Shown here: piece after piece, positions 1-13,319 of the stretch
Position numbering within the stretch: position 1 is the stretch's first letter
How the letters are laid out: each line of letters begins with the position of its first letter
NCBI RefSeq assembly: GCF_964355755.1
Contig: NC_092671.1
Coordinates: forward strand, 248,001 to 312,000
Direction: 5' to 3'
Length of the DNA stretch: 64,000 nt
DNA from: Antedon mediterranea
Taxonomy: Eukaryota > Animalia > Echinodermata
The notes under the pieces: generated by a model
Told to the model about the DNA's origin: nothing
What the model saw: only the letters and a program-made list of their open reading frames with translations
The model's database searches: none
Position numbers and translations under genes: made by a program

Positions 1-203
1 TTCCTTCTAGGTAGGTTATACAAAATGGTATTTATTTAAATTTGTATCCAAAGACAGCTACAAATACATATTTAATGTAGGCCTATTATTGAAAAATATT
101 GTACGTGTGTTAGCTAATTATAATAACGTATAATATTATGAACACCGTTGTTTGTATTTATGTTTAGAATTAATCCATTATAGATGTATAACGTTACACT
201 TGC

Positions 204-951
204 AACCAGGACGGACATTGTTATTGCTGCTGAGTTCCCTCCACACATTCAAACATTCATATGGGTTAGGGTTAGGGTTAGGGTTATGTAATAACCAGGA
301 CGGACATTGTTATTGCTGCTGAGTTCCCTATGACGCGCCATAGTTCCCTCCACACATTCAAACATTCATATGGGTTAGGGTTAGGGTTAGAGGGTTATGT
401 AATAACCAGGACGGACATTGTTATTGCTGCTGAGTTCCCTCCACACCATTCAAACATGCATATGGGTTAGGGTTAGGGTTATGTAATAACCAGGACGGAC
501 ATTGTTATTGCTGCTGAGTTCCCTATGACGCGCCATAGTTCCCTCCACACATTCAAACATTCATATGGGTTAGGGTTAGGGTTATGTAATAACCAGGACG
601 GACATTGTTATTGCTGCTGAGTTCCCTCCACACCATTCAAACATGCATATGGGTTAGGGTTAGGGTTATGTAATAACCAGGACGGACATTGTTATTGCTG
701 CTGAGTTCCCTATGACGCGCCATAGTTCCCTCCACACATTCAAACATTCATATGGGTTAGGGTTAGGGTTAGAGGGTTATGTAATAACCAGGACGGACAT
801 TGTTATTGCTGCTGAGTTCCCTCCACACCATTCAAACATGCATATGGGTTAGGGTTAGGGTTATGTAATAACCAGGACGGACATTGTTATTGCTGCTGAG
901 TTCCCTATGACGCGCCATAGTTCCCTCCACACATTCAAACATGCATATGGG
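204..951 (+). repeat. Minisatellite (84-111 bp units, ~8 copies) containing (TTAGGG)n tracts, with higher-order structure
   Basis: Units start with aaccaggacggacattg at 204, 293, 404, 488, 591, 675, 786 and 870. Alternate units carry a 20-bp insert (atgacgcgccatagttccct). Complete units end in gggttagggttaggg(tta). Confidence 0.95.
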
Positions 952-1047
952 TATCATTGGTATTACTTATACTTCTGTTAGTTTTTCATTTTCATCACAA
1001 AATTATAGTAGACTCAAAAGCTGATTTTTTGTTGTTGTTTTTTTCGT

Positions 1048-1246
1048 TTTTGTGTCAGTAGCCTACATTTGTTTTTGTAATACCATGTCTTAAAACTACA
1101 GACAAAAGCCCATTTTGTGTCAGTAGCCTACATTTGTTTTTGTAATACCATGTCTTAAAACTACAGACAAAAGCCCATTTTGTGTCAGTAGCCTACATTT
1201 GTTTTTGTAATACCATGTCTTAAAACTACAGACAAAAGCCCATTTT
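1048..1246 (+). repeat. 65-bp tandem repeat, 3 copies
   Basis: tgtgtcagtagcctacatttgtttttgtaataccatgtc... recurs at 1051, 1116 and 1181. Confidence 0.95.
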
Positions 1247-2856
1247 CTTGGCAAGATCCATCCAAAGTTGTTCCTATGCAGCTGAGACATTTTTATAATA
1301 TGAATTTGAATATGAATATCTTAGACGGTCATGTATATTGTAATTAAGAGTTTAGAGTTTAATGTGATCCTTTTTGCCACAATTCTGATATGCATAGACT
1401 TTTATAGATATTGATTGTGTTTATTTGATTCAATACTTGTTATCATGTACCGTTAGTAATATTTCGTAAGTACTCTATAAACCATGTCTCATTGTGAAGA
1501 TCGGTAGACGCCCGCTAGGAAATTTCTACTGTAATCTTAAAAACGATTACTGTACTGATGATAACTGAAACTAAGCGTTTTTCGATTTAAATCTGAACTA
1601 TCTGAAGATCAGCCAATGTTCCTATACGCCAACTTGTGCACTGATTTTCTATGCGTCTATCGCGCAGACTGCTGTCAAGGTGTTAACATGTCTGCATCAG
1701 TTAAATAGTGTAACAGATGGGCCGCAACCGTAAGTCTTGCCTTAATGCCACTTTGACTGAGATTTGAAAAATCGATATTATCGTCATACGTTATTATTAC
1801 TGTAGTTCAGTCTGTGTTACAGGTGTTAAAGCGTTGACTTTTGTTTATTGTTGGTTTGGTGAAGAAATTAAGAGCCTAAATTGGTTATCAGAGGGAGGAT
1901 ACAGTATTTCGGAAATCATCGTGTAGCGCATGCGCATCAGTAATGATGCTTAACCACGGATTATAAATAGTGCATAGTTAGTATAACGTATCCACGCAAA
2001 AGGAAAATGTAATGTGTATATGTTGAATAATATGAATACAATACTTCTTAGTCTATTCTTGTTCTCATTTACAATAATACAATGTAAAATCGTCATATAA
2101 TCTCCAGGCCTCTGTACTTTTTAACGCTTTAATTTCTACTTAGTATTCTTGAATACGTTTCCTCGATAATCAAACAACATAACGACTAGAACTAAAAACG
2201 CTTCTTTTGAGTTTACAATCATAAACTATTGTAAGTCGAAATGCGTTTTTATATAAATATGAATAATTTATCTCAAACAAAGTATTAAATTGTATGTTGC
2301 ACACTTAAAAAACAATTAACAGTTGAGGATTATTATGTTGAAATGAAGAGAATAATTAAAAGGAGCAAATAGAAAAATATAGTTGTGCCGAATAGGTATA
2401 TAGTGAATTGACGCTGTCGAATTTCTTATGTGCAATTTTAGATTATTTAAACGTTTCTTTCGAAACCTGTGAGAATTTTTGATTAAAAAACTCGGCATGA
2501 AATGTGTGCTGCCGTGTACCAATTAGGTGCATGTGCGTTGAAATATGAATGATTTGCACGAAGGCCTACATTATTCATGAGTTTATTTCCTATGTAGCAA
2601 ACCTATTGTGATTTTGTCAATACATCATCTAATTCTAATGCTAACCAAACGTATTATTATTATTATTATTATTGTCGCCCTGGGCCGACCTACTGACCAA
2701 GCTCGGTGACATTTTAAATGTATTTCGGAAAATTACCCTCCTTCGGCTAGAAAATGTCGACTTCGTCTGATGACTTCGTGTATTTGTAAAATCAAATCAC
2801 CTGAAATTTAAACAAACAGCCCCGAAAACATATAATTAAATGTAATTAACATAATT

Positions 2857-3159
2857 ATTGAGATCCAGCCACTGATACCCACAGCATTGTCATTTTTTTC
2901 AGTAATTTGCCTTTGGATTTATATATATATATATATATGTCCACCCAGGCAGCACTTGCCAGCTTTATACTATGACGTTATCCAAATTCCTTCACTTGCA
3001 CTGATGAAGGGCTAGTGTTGCCCGAAAGCTCTGCTAACTTTTCTGGCTGTTTACTTTATCGTTTTGATTTAGCTTTTCGCTTTTTATTTTTGTATCCTCA
3101 TTGAGATCCAGCCACTGATACCCACAGCATTGTCATTTTTTTCAGTAATTTGCCTTTGG

Positions 3160-3191
<32 letters not shown>
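2857..3191 (+). mobile_element. Penelope-like element pseudo-LTR / retrozyme-like remnant in (TA)n
   Basis: Identical 61-bp direct repeats at 2857-2917 and 3100-3160 (period 243 bp), each followed by (TA)n. The segment between them contains a minimal hammerhead ribozyme motif of the kind found in PLE terminal repeats. Confidence 0.7.
2998..3034 (+). ncRNA. Minimal type I hammerhead ribozyme
   Basis: gca-CTGATGA-a-gggc[tagtgtt]gccc-GAAA-gc-T-C-tgc. Catalytic boxes are intact, stem I is gca/tgc, stem II is gggc/gccc, and stem III is the palindrome AGCT. Predicted cleavage is after C3031. Confidence 0.8.
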
Positions 3192-3194
<3 letters not shown>

Positions 3195-3199
3195 ATTAA

Positions 3200-3510
3200 G
3201 TTCGCTTAGGTTGACCCTGGTCTTCCCAATTTCAGTTTTTTTGTTTTGTATATACTTAAATAGACCAAATAAATAATGAAATGAAATGAAATAAATGGTC
3301 TGATGGGTAGACTAAATGCAACGGAAAATGTTTAAGTCTCAACGATTATAAGCAACGTCTTTTAAGTTAAATCGAAGATGCTCTCCAGGTGAAATTCCAC
3401 CCTGAGATGAAGAGTAGTAATTAGTCTTGTTTATTTTATTTCATTTACATGTAATTTTTACTTTCTATGGACCAGAGATTCCAAAATAAAAGATTGAATG
3501 AATGAATAAG
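3200..3510 (+). mobile_element. Two probable LINE (CR1/L2-like) 3' tail remnants
   Basis: T-rich tract, then AATAAA, then a short repeat tail: (gaaat)n at ~3278-3295 and (gaat)n at ~3496-3507. No coding remnant recognised. Confidence 0.4.
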
Positions 3511-3576
3511 AAGAATTATAAATGTTGATGTAAAACGTCATTTCACGGTTACCGAAAAGCGCTGCGTAAAATCCTA

Positions 3577-3720
3577 AATTGTTTTTAACCTACCTCCCTT
3601 CTCCCTAACCCTAACCCTATCTTCCTTCTCCACACAATATTTAATTGTTTTTAACCTACCTCCCTTCTCCACACAATATTTAATTGTTTTTAACCTATCT
3701 CCCTTCTCCACACAATATTT
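3577..3720 (+). repeat. Short tandem repeat (~38 bp, 3 copies), first copy with a (CCCTAA)n insert
   Basis: aattgtttttaacctacctcccttctccacacaatattt repeated three times, with ccctaaccctaacccta at ~3603-3619. Confidence 0.85.
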
Positions 3721-5994
3721 CGATTCAATGTACAAACTTAATTTTTTATTACCCCTAATTCAATTTATGTATTCTAATAGGATGATAATGATAATTGTAA
3801 ACAAAATCACATTTACGTGAGGACGCCACCAAAAGCAAGATATTTTTACTCCGAGTTATAGTGAACATTACATAAGACATTAATGTTTCAATGTCGAAGC
3901 ATTATTATTGACAGTCTATATCTGTCATGTTGAAGGTCACGTCAGTTAGATTCGTCGATGGAAATTTATTTTACGGATGGTTAATGATCCACTGCGATTT
4001 TCAATGAATAAATAAACAGACAAACACAAGTGGGTTCCCTCTATTGTTAAATGTGATTCTTTTCCCACGGTTATCCCAGACATAACTTGTCTTATGCTGG
4101 GACGAAGTGACAAAAGGATTCATATTAAATGTTGTGTTAACATCAATTTTAGCGAGAGCGCCATATACAAATATTATCAATGTGAAAACGTAAACACGAG
4201 TGGCCAGTTTGCTAGAAAATACAACCATTCATCTCTCATGGTTTTTACCATTTAATTCAACTTGGTGTTGCACGCGGTATGAAGTCTTGTAATACTGTAT
4301 ATCCATCGTTTAGGAGGCAACAATACGTTACAATTATTGTTTTAATACCCCGTTTTACTAGATACAACATTGTTGATATAGTACTAATAATAGCTTTACC
4401 ACCGAAAACAATGCAATTAAGTTTAATTGATAACTGTACAGTGTACCTGGTAGGACAGTCACACGTTGTGATTATAATTCTACTTGCATTTATGTACATA
4501 GTTTATGAGATCAATTTAATTTTTCCAATGCAAGCTTTTCTAAAAATAAACCTTAATTCATTCACTGGGGAGTGGGTTGATTATATTCTTTTAATTAACC
4601 GCTTGTATTGCAATGTATGATGGACACAATATTTTGAGGCTCAATTATTACTTTACATGCAAGACAGCGATCATGACTTAAACTTCAAAAGTCAGTGCCG
4701 TATGTATCTTGAGTATCGTCCCTGGTATCAATGTATAATGCCAAAGTGCATTGCGATATCAGAATCAACATGAATTCGACATGTGCTATCCCACTTGAAC
4801 TATATCCGAATGGACCTGGTGTCAAGGTCGTATTAATGTAACGTAAAGCGCTAATTCCACCAACTTAACATGTTATAACAACAAGACATTTATTATTGCG
4901 ACTCAGGGTGTTCTTATAGTAGATAATCGCATATGGTGCGACCAATGCTGTTCAACATTTCAAACTCGGTGCTGGTGTTCACAATTATTACACCTGAGTG
5001 ATAGGTTCGAACAAGCATAGGCCTAACCGTTAACGCGGATGTCTCATCTAGTCGCATTTCATTGTTCAATTTCGAACATGTTTATTAGGAGAGCATTATT
5101 AATTCTATGAATTATAATGATATGGGCCTATTTCAAGTTAGAGGAGAGTCGCAAATATCGCTTGTTTTATATCCAAAAAAAATGTAATCCTTAAGTTTGG
5201 ATAGGTTATAATATTAGGGGTTAGTTCTACAAAGTAGTAGGCCCAGTTCTTAACTTATATTTAAGTGACGTGTAAGTTCAACAAACGAGTACTAGTAGAT
5301 CGGCTTTCCTTATTATTTATGCGTAAGTTCAACAACGTATAGATTCAACTTATACCTTAACATTTACGAGTATTAAATCTTAGAATTACTAGGTCAATAT
5401 TTACCAATATAAAATCACTTAAAATTTAGTTGAGAAGGATAGCATGTGTATGTCTTTATTTAACACGATTTACCCGTGTACCTGAATAATGTTGATTAAA
5501 TACCATTCCTTTTCCATACAAAAACCAAACGGCCAGTATTGACATATTATTTGGACAGAAAAGACTGTGTTGACAGAGCCTTACAACGCGGATTTTATCG
5601 ACAACTCCAGAAACTAAATGGCGTTAGTACTGTTTACCTAAGATGGATATGTAGTGCGGGTCGTTTCGACCTGTTGTTATTTTATTACGACATTCAATCA
5701 CCATGTTTCTAGACATTTTGAACCACTAAATTACCATTTCTACCAGTGTTATTTGGTGGTAGGTTTCTTTAAAATAATTGATGGTTATTCCTAAACGAAG
5801 TATAATGTCAAGAGATGGGTGTTGTATTAGAGTATTGTATGAATGAACTAAGCTGAGATATACGTAATCAAACATTTTGTATTATATAATAATAATAATG
5901 TCAACATGTGGTATCGATTATTGTCAACTCGAAATAACTCGATTTAACTACCACCAGTTATTATCTGGATGTAATTAATGACTAGATCTGGCAG

Positions 5995-7255
5995 CAGTGG
6001 CGTATCCAGTAGGGGGGCCGGGGGGCCCGGGCCCCCCCTGATTTCGTTTCCGTCGGCACATCATCGCGGCCGTCGGCAAACAAAGGTGCCGGGGAAAAAA
6101 ATAAACTATTTATTCTGACAATAATTGAACTGTAAACATAATTCTTTTGAGTGTTTGTTTATTTACATATCATATCATCATTGATCCCTTCAGATCAACT
6201 ATTTTTTATTTTCATTACATCTAACGAAACACGTAAAAAATGTGTAGCACGTACGTACGGCCGTACGCGGTAGATTGTTTACTCAAAAGTCTTTGACCTT
6301 ACCCTAAAACCTTGTTTTTTGCATGCAGTTGAGCCTCTCATGACCTGGGATTTGTATGTCTTCCTACGCTAAGAGATTATATAGTTCCACATGCCATGTG
6401 CTTTTTTGTCTAAGATATATTTATTATAAGTGCCAAAAACCCGGTTTTTTTTTCTCGATATGAGGCCTTTATTATTCAAAATTTTTAAAGAAAAAGCACA
6501 TATACCATAAAAAATATCCATGTAGGCCCTATTTCATTTTTGGAACAGAATATTCCGTGAGGCTCAACTACAAAACCACCATTTTGTGATATGATGTCAT
6601 CGTAAGCCAATAAAAGCTGAGCTTTCTCGCGATTGGCATTGCTCACGGTTGAATGAGTTAGGATTCTAGCTGATTTGATTGGTGGATGCGAATCACCCGC
6701 AGCGGAATGTTTTCTCTCGCGCGTGTACCATGAATCTCTCTGATCGTTACTACACAAAGTTAGAGCAATGAATTTGTCCAAATTCCGTTAAGTAAACAAC
6801 TTTATATATTTTATAAGCATTTAATAACATTTTTTATTGATATTTGCAATGGTGATATATAAAATAAATTACTAAAAAACGTAATTATATGTAATTATTT
6901 TAACCAAAAATGGCGTAGTTAATAGAATTGTCGACTGAGGCCGCAAATTGTTTTACTTCTTTCGTGGCTAAAAACGATCATTTTCGGCGATGTTTTAGAC
7001 CCTATATTTCGAAAACTACAAATCAGATTTTCCTAATTCTTTCTTTATTGTAATATGAATACAACATACTAACAGATAATGTTGGTTTGGTTTTAATTTT
7101 GCATCGTTATCCCATATAAGACAATATGACTATGTAATCCTAGAAAATATATTGATCAGAGACGTCGTGTATGTACAGCAGATAATGACACCAATTTTGT
7201 CGGCAAATTGGCAATTCCCGGCCCCCCCAACTTCAAAATCCTGGATACGCCACTG
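5995..7255. mobile_element. Non-autonomous hAT-type DNA transposon (MITE)
   Basis: Perfect 15-bp TIR cagtggcgtatccag / ctggatacgccactg. Perfect 8-bp TSD tctggcag at 5987-5994 and 7256-7263. No transposase ORF. Confidence 0.9.
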
Positions 7256-7997
7256 TCTGGCAGTGTTTAACGTCTCCTGATCCTGTTTGATCGACATTGA
7301 TTATACGTTCTATACTATTTTCAAGCTATGTGAGATACTATAAGACATGTTACGCCCTCTATAGTTTGAGTGAACGATGTTGTTGATTTGCGGCGATCAT
7401 CATTTGAACATGACGTCATTAACTAAACATTCAATATAATAATATAAAAATGTATTTTTATTAATAACATAAAATAGCAGCGTGTATTAATAAAGATGTT
7501 CTACCCTGCTATATTAGTCGAAATAGGAAAATATTTAGTTTTATTTCTTTGTTATTGCACATGTTAAGATGATAACCCGCCCGTATTTTCAGATATTATT
7601 ATGCGTATTTTAAACAACTAATTATTTGGTGCTTGTTGTGCCTATAAACATGTTAAATCACGCATATTCAAATGATACTATTCTAAACAGCACTTAATTG
7701 CTCATAACCATGACAAACCCAGTTATTTCACTATTGGCGTTCCATAGAACTATATGTTATTCTCTCCACCTCATTAATTGCTTTACGTAAACTTTACACG
7801 CATTTTACACAGATATATATTTTCGCGCCGCGTATTTAGGCAGTTATATTCCTAGAGGACATATACATTAAGCAGTTACCACACGCGAAGCTTTAGTACT
7901 ACAGCTGACAAAAATGAGAATTTGTAAACTCGACTAATATATAGGTCCATGCTCATATTTTATTGAATTTTAAATGTTGATAGTTAGTTGGATCCTA

Positions 7998-7999
7998 TT

Positions 8000-8031
<32 letters not shown>

Positions 8032-8088
8032 TATATTTATAAGGATAAAAACAATCAGATAACAGTATGTTTTACATTGTGGTCCTGT
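7998..8088 (-). mobile_element. Probable LINE (L2/Crack-like) 3' tail remnant ending in (TTA)n
   Basis: The minus strand reads caggaccacaatgtaaaa...ttatccttataaata followed by a (tta)n tail. Confidence 0.35.
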
Positions 8089-8660
8089 CTTAATCAAAAT
8101 ATACAAAAGAGAAACTTAATTAAATATAATAACATGATGGTCTCTCTCCTTAAAGTGGGTCGTGTTTTATTGTGATTATATATATCCATATTATTGCATA
8201 ACTCCGATTATTTTTTATTTCATTATTCTTTCTGATTAGTCGTTGTTATGATGGGTTAGGTACAAAGGTTAAAATGTCAGGAATTGCACTTCGTACATAT
8301 TTTGGACAATATGTGACATGAAATTGTTTTTTATTTATTTATTTATTTACAATCTCATTCAACAGCGGGAAACCCGCCACTTACAGAAAGGAATAAAATA
8401 TAAATTATATTTAAAGGCCTATACAAAACAAAGTAGCAGTTTCCAATGTGTGATGTTATAAAAATGACTGCCGTGTTTAATTATAAATGCAAATTAAATT
8501 ACTTCTCCGTGGCCAAATGTCTTAACTAATTGATATTCGTATTTTGTGGGATAAAAAACACATTTCACAAAATAAAAAACATGCAAAGCCCTTTTGCTAT
8601 TAGCTTTATCGAAAAAAATAATGAATAATCTTTATGAAATGAATTGTTCAATATCCACTT

Positions 8661-10048
8661 TACATTATATCGTACACTACGGTACATTATATCGTACAGA
8701 ACAGTAAATTATATCGTACACTACGGTACATTATATCGTACAGAACAGTAAATTATATCGTACACTACGGTACATTCGTACAGAACAGTAAATTATATCG
8801 TACACTACGGTACATTATATCGTACAGAACAGTAAATTATATCGTACACTACGGTACATTATATCGTACAGAACAGTAAATTATATCGTACACTACGGTA
8901 CATTATATCGTGCAATACTGTACATTATATCGTACAGAACAGTAAATTAGGTGCAATACTGTACATTATATCGTACAGAACAGTAAATTATATCGTGCAA
9001 TACTGTACATTATATCGTACAGAACAGTAAATTATATCGTGCAATACTGTACATTATATCGTACAGAACAGTAAATTATATCGTACACTACGGTACATTA
9101 TATCGTGCAATACTGTACATTATATCGTACAGAACAGTAAATTAGGTGCAATACTGTACATTATATCGTACAGAACAGTAAATTATATCGTGCAATACTG
9201 ATTATATCGTACAGAACAGTAAATTATATCGTTCAATACTGTACATTATATCGTACAGTAGGCCTACTGTACATTATATCGTACAGAACAGTAAATTATA
9301 TCGTGCAATACTGATTATATCGTACCGAACAGTAAATTATATCGTGCAATACTGTACATTATATCGTACAGTAGGCCTACTGTACATTATATCGTACAGA
9401 ACAGTAAATTATATCGTGCAATACTGATTATATCGTACCGAACAGTAAATTATATCGTGCAATACTGTACATTATATCGTACAGTAGGCCTACTGTAAAT
9501 TATATCGTACAGAACAGTAAATTATATCGTGCAATACTGATTATATCGTACCGAACAGTAAATTATATCGTGCAATACTGTACATTATATCGTACAGAAC
9601 AGTAAATTATATCGTGCAATACTGTGCATTATATCGTACAGTAGGCCTACTGTACATTATATCGTACAGAACAGTAAATTATATTGTGCAGTATACGGTA
9701 CATTATATCGTACAGTACTGTACATTATATCGTACAGAACAGTATATCGTGCAGTATTGTACATTATGTCGTACAGAACAGTATATCGTGTAGTACGGTA
9801 TTATATCGTGCAGTACGGTATTATATCGTACAGAACAGTATATCGTGTAGTACGGTATTATATCGTACAGTACGGTACATTTTATACAGTACTGTACATT
9901 ATATCGTACAGAACAGTATATCGTGTAGTACGGTATTATATCGTACAGTACGGTACATTATATACAGTACTGTACATTATATTGTACTGTCAGTAAATTA
10001 TATCGTGCAGAACAGTAAATTATATCGTGCACTATGGTACATTATATC
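8661..10048 (+). repeat. 22-bp minisatellite (attatatcgtacagaacagtaa / attatatcgtacactacggtac / attatatcgtgcaatactgtac variants)
   Basis: About 60 monomers, mostly in 44-bp alternating dimers, with higher-order blocks and degeneration toward the 3' end. Confidence 0.97.
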
Positions 10049-12521
10049 ATGACCGGTTCATCAAGGTTATGATAATCTGTTGTACGTCTACTTTTTCATA
10101 ATGTATTAACGGCTTTGGTATAGAGTTTATCGACATAATTACGTACTGTCGATATTGTTATTAGTGGAGTCATGTTTTCAATTGAATGCGAGCATAAAGT
10201 AATTATAAAGCATGCTTTTTCATTACCAAGATATTCTAATACAAATGTTTTACAACATTATGTGCGAATAATCATATAATAAATTCAGGACAGTTTTATT
10301 ATCTACTATATTTTATCTTATGTGGTTGATGTTATAAACCAGTATACCGTTGTAGAATACAACCAATTTGAGGTAGTCTGAATATTACCATTTTTTCGAA
10401 TATCAACGTTATGATATTGTTGGCGTTTCATACATATTCAGACGTTTTACAATGGCTATCGGCCTTTCATATCTCATAATCATTCATACTGTTGGAAGTA
10501 AGCATACACATGCAAAGACAAAGTAGTGTTATTATTTCCTCGGTCAGTCAATATGCAAGAAGCGGTCAGCAGTTGTGGTCATTCTTACGCTAATTTATTA
10601 TTCGCCTACGCTCCAATGTGTCTGAACAGCGTACATTACGGTAGTGATTGGACATACACCTACCCTTGGGTTTTAATCTTAATTACAATCGAACACTAGT
10701 GGCATTATAATGTATTTATTTTATTATTACATTATATAATTATTGTGACAATGGTATGCACAACATGTATACACACAATACTCAGACGTTAGTAGAAATA
10801 CATTTTTTCGGACCGTCGAATATGTCATCATTCTCAATAATACTACTAATAATTAAGCTCATTATTATTTGTTGTGCGAGGTTAGTCCATCCTCAACGAC
10901 TCAAGCGTTGTCAAAAACAAAAAGATACCATCATGGCATTATATTTTATCGGAAACCGTCTCGATTACGTAATAACTCGGTACAACGCACTAGTGCAATG
11001 GCCACGTTGAGATTAAAATCGGTTGAACGACGTTTCATTTAATACAAGACAATTAAACATGAATGTGTAAGTATGTAGGTATATATTGGCATTACTAACT
11101 AATACCTAAGATATTCCTTAATACTTTAATGTACGGTTTAGCTTAGCATTGATATTGATACTTCGCATCCTTTAAAACATAAAGCATGGTATACCGTACT
11201 GAGCACGCTAAGTGTAGGCTATATATCAACATATAAATTATATAATTTATCAAGCTAGCAAAGAGTAGTACCAAATATCAATATCGGACAAGTGTATCAG
11301 ACAAAATGTATTTTTATAAAAGCGATTAATAAAAAGAAAACGTATATTGTTCTATCTAAATATGAACATCGGAGTATCAATTACCTTATGACAATTCACA
11401 AACATTTAAGTAGGCTCTTATTGAAGCCAGATTTGTAGGATTTTTCAGATTAAAATATTTCCTGATGAAACGACACTTTAATTCACGTACCCTGGATTTG
11501 TATTATTTACAATTGACCAGTGCTACTAGACAAAATAAACATACAGAGTATAGTTAAAAACTTAGATGCATGCGCACTCATCAGTGCTTACGTCATCATC
11601 AAGTTGGTATGCAAAGTGATGCATGGCTTCTAATCTTCAATCACATTAAATTCATCTCCAGCCGTTCAGATAGACAACATCTAAGACCGAACATTCAGGA
11701 ATATAAAACTCGATCTTTAAATATTGTAAATCCAGTAATGCGCTTTGTAAAATGACATATTAGGAATATAAATTTCCATTACCATATTGTTTTAAAAATA
11801 TCATTAACTTCAGTATTTATCAAAAAGTGAGATCTGAAAAGTTTAGCAGTTAGTAGACCATGCCTAATGCGATGATAGCTATTAATGAATTGGGTTTTAA
11901 AAGTACCGTACAAAATCTATCCCAAATTTACAAATGCCTCACGTATAATGCATTATATTATAAATGACATTGACAATGATTTGCTCCTGTTTTAAAGTAC
12001 CGCATTAGTTAATAATCAATTTCAGATAATGAATTTATGGAAATTAAGATCCTTTCGTATGCGATGTAGATGCAATAGCTCACATAATTCGGATTAATAA
12101 ATGAAAAGAACATTGGCATTAATCAAAATAATAATCAATAATCAACCTTTCGAACATAATTCTCTTAATCGGTGTAACCAACGACCTGGAACGATTTAAT
12201 ACAATTCTGACAAAAGTCTGAAATGATGTTAAATGTAATTGGAACTCGCGTGTATTGTTATTCTGGTCTTATTTATCTCGTGTTGACTTGAGATGGATAC
12301 GAATCAAACGGGAAAATACAAGCCATTACTGCGCCATTTATCACCGACAAATCTCTAATCTTTTATAAAGTTCGTATCTGTTATCTTGACACAATGCATT
12401 AATTATAGATTTGTTAAGCTTAAGAATTGTGTATGTCCGTTTTTACAAACAGTTTCGAAAGTTGACGATTATGGAACGCAGATGTCGCCAAATTGTTCAT
12501 ATATGGGTTTTTACGTTATTA

Positions 12522-13319
12522 GGCCCTGTTTCTGGTGCCAAGAAAATACCGTATTTTATACGGTATTTTTTGAATACCGTATATATGTTTTGTTGGCAGC
12601 AGAAACTGCGCTCATAAAAAAATACCGTATTTTCCCCACAAAATTTGTGGATAAAATACGGTATTTACAAAATTATATTTTTTTTACCCTTTTCTGCTGC
12701 CAATATAAAATACCGTATTTTTTTTTACCGTGACATGAGGTCAACATCGTGTTTTTATTTTCTGTCGCTGTCAGCTGGTTTACATACGTGTATTTAGATA
12801 TATTCGGCGAAAATGTGGAGCGAAGACGTCACAGTATTTACTATATAAATCTGTGTGGGGAAGGAGGGGGCGGGGAAGCTAAAATGTCCAGCCAACTAAA
12901 AGGTAACAAAAGGGACAACCACATTTCTAAAAAAATAAAGCAGCAGGAGTACGGAATAGACCAAAGCAAGTAAATTCAAAGCTGAAGAGCCTGCGAAGCA
13001 GTACAACATTGCAAAAGACAATAACTCGGGGAGGGAACGAATTACTTGTCCCCATTATGATGTTTTCTGTGCTCTCACAACATCTCTATCACTAGGGCTA
13101 GGCTGTTGAAAGTGAGACGTAAAACTTCCTTTATTGCGACTTTTAATTATCAACCAAATAAATGAATGGCAATTTGGGTAAAATGGATGAAATTTAACAC
13201 GACCACCCAAGAAGTATTGTTAGTAGAAACGGGGTACTAAAAAATACGGTATAAAAAATACCGTATTTTATACCGTATTTTTATACCGTATTTTGAGCAG
13301 TTGCAGCAGAAACAGGCCC
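12522..13319. mobile_element. PIF/Harbinger-like MITE
   Basis: 13-bp TIR ggccctgtttctg / cagaaacaggccc (1 mismatch), with many subterminal ataccgtat/atacggtat repeats at both ends. Left flank is TTA but right flank is AAA, so the TSD is imperfect. Confidence 0.7.

Noticed and set aside
204-951. CRISPR-like or chromosome-fusion interpretation of the repeat arrays
   Set aside because: There are no unique spacers or cas genes and the context is eukaryotic. TTAGGG tracts are short, all in one orientation, with no head-to-head junction.
1550-1585. Second hammerhead-like string ctgatga-taact-gaaac
   Set aside because: No stem II can form and there is no convincing stem I or III. Other ctgatga hits (2767, 11462, 15977, 45503) also lack the architecture.
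6366-7143. Possible element nested inside the hAT MITE (agagattatatagt ... actatgtaatcct)
   Set aside because: The inverted match is short and imperfect and no TSD could be defined.
9684-10052. Tyr/Val-rich repeat ORFs on both strands
   Set aside because: They are minisatellite translations.
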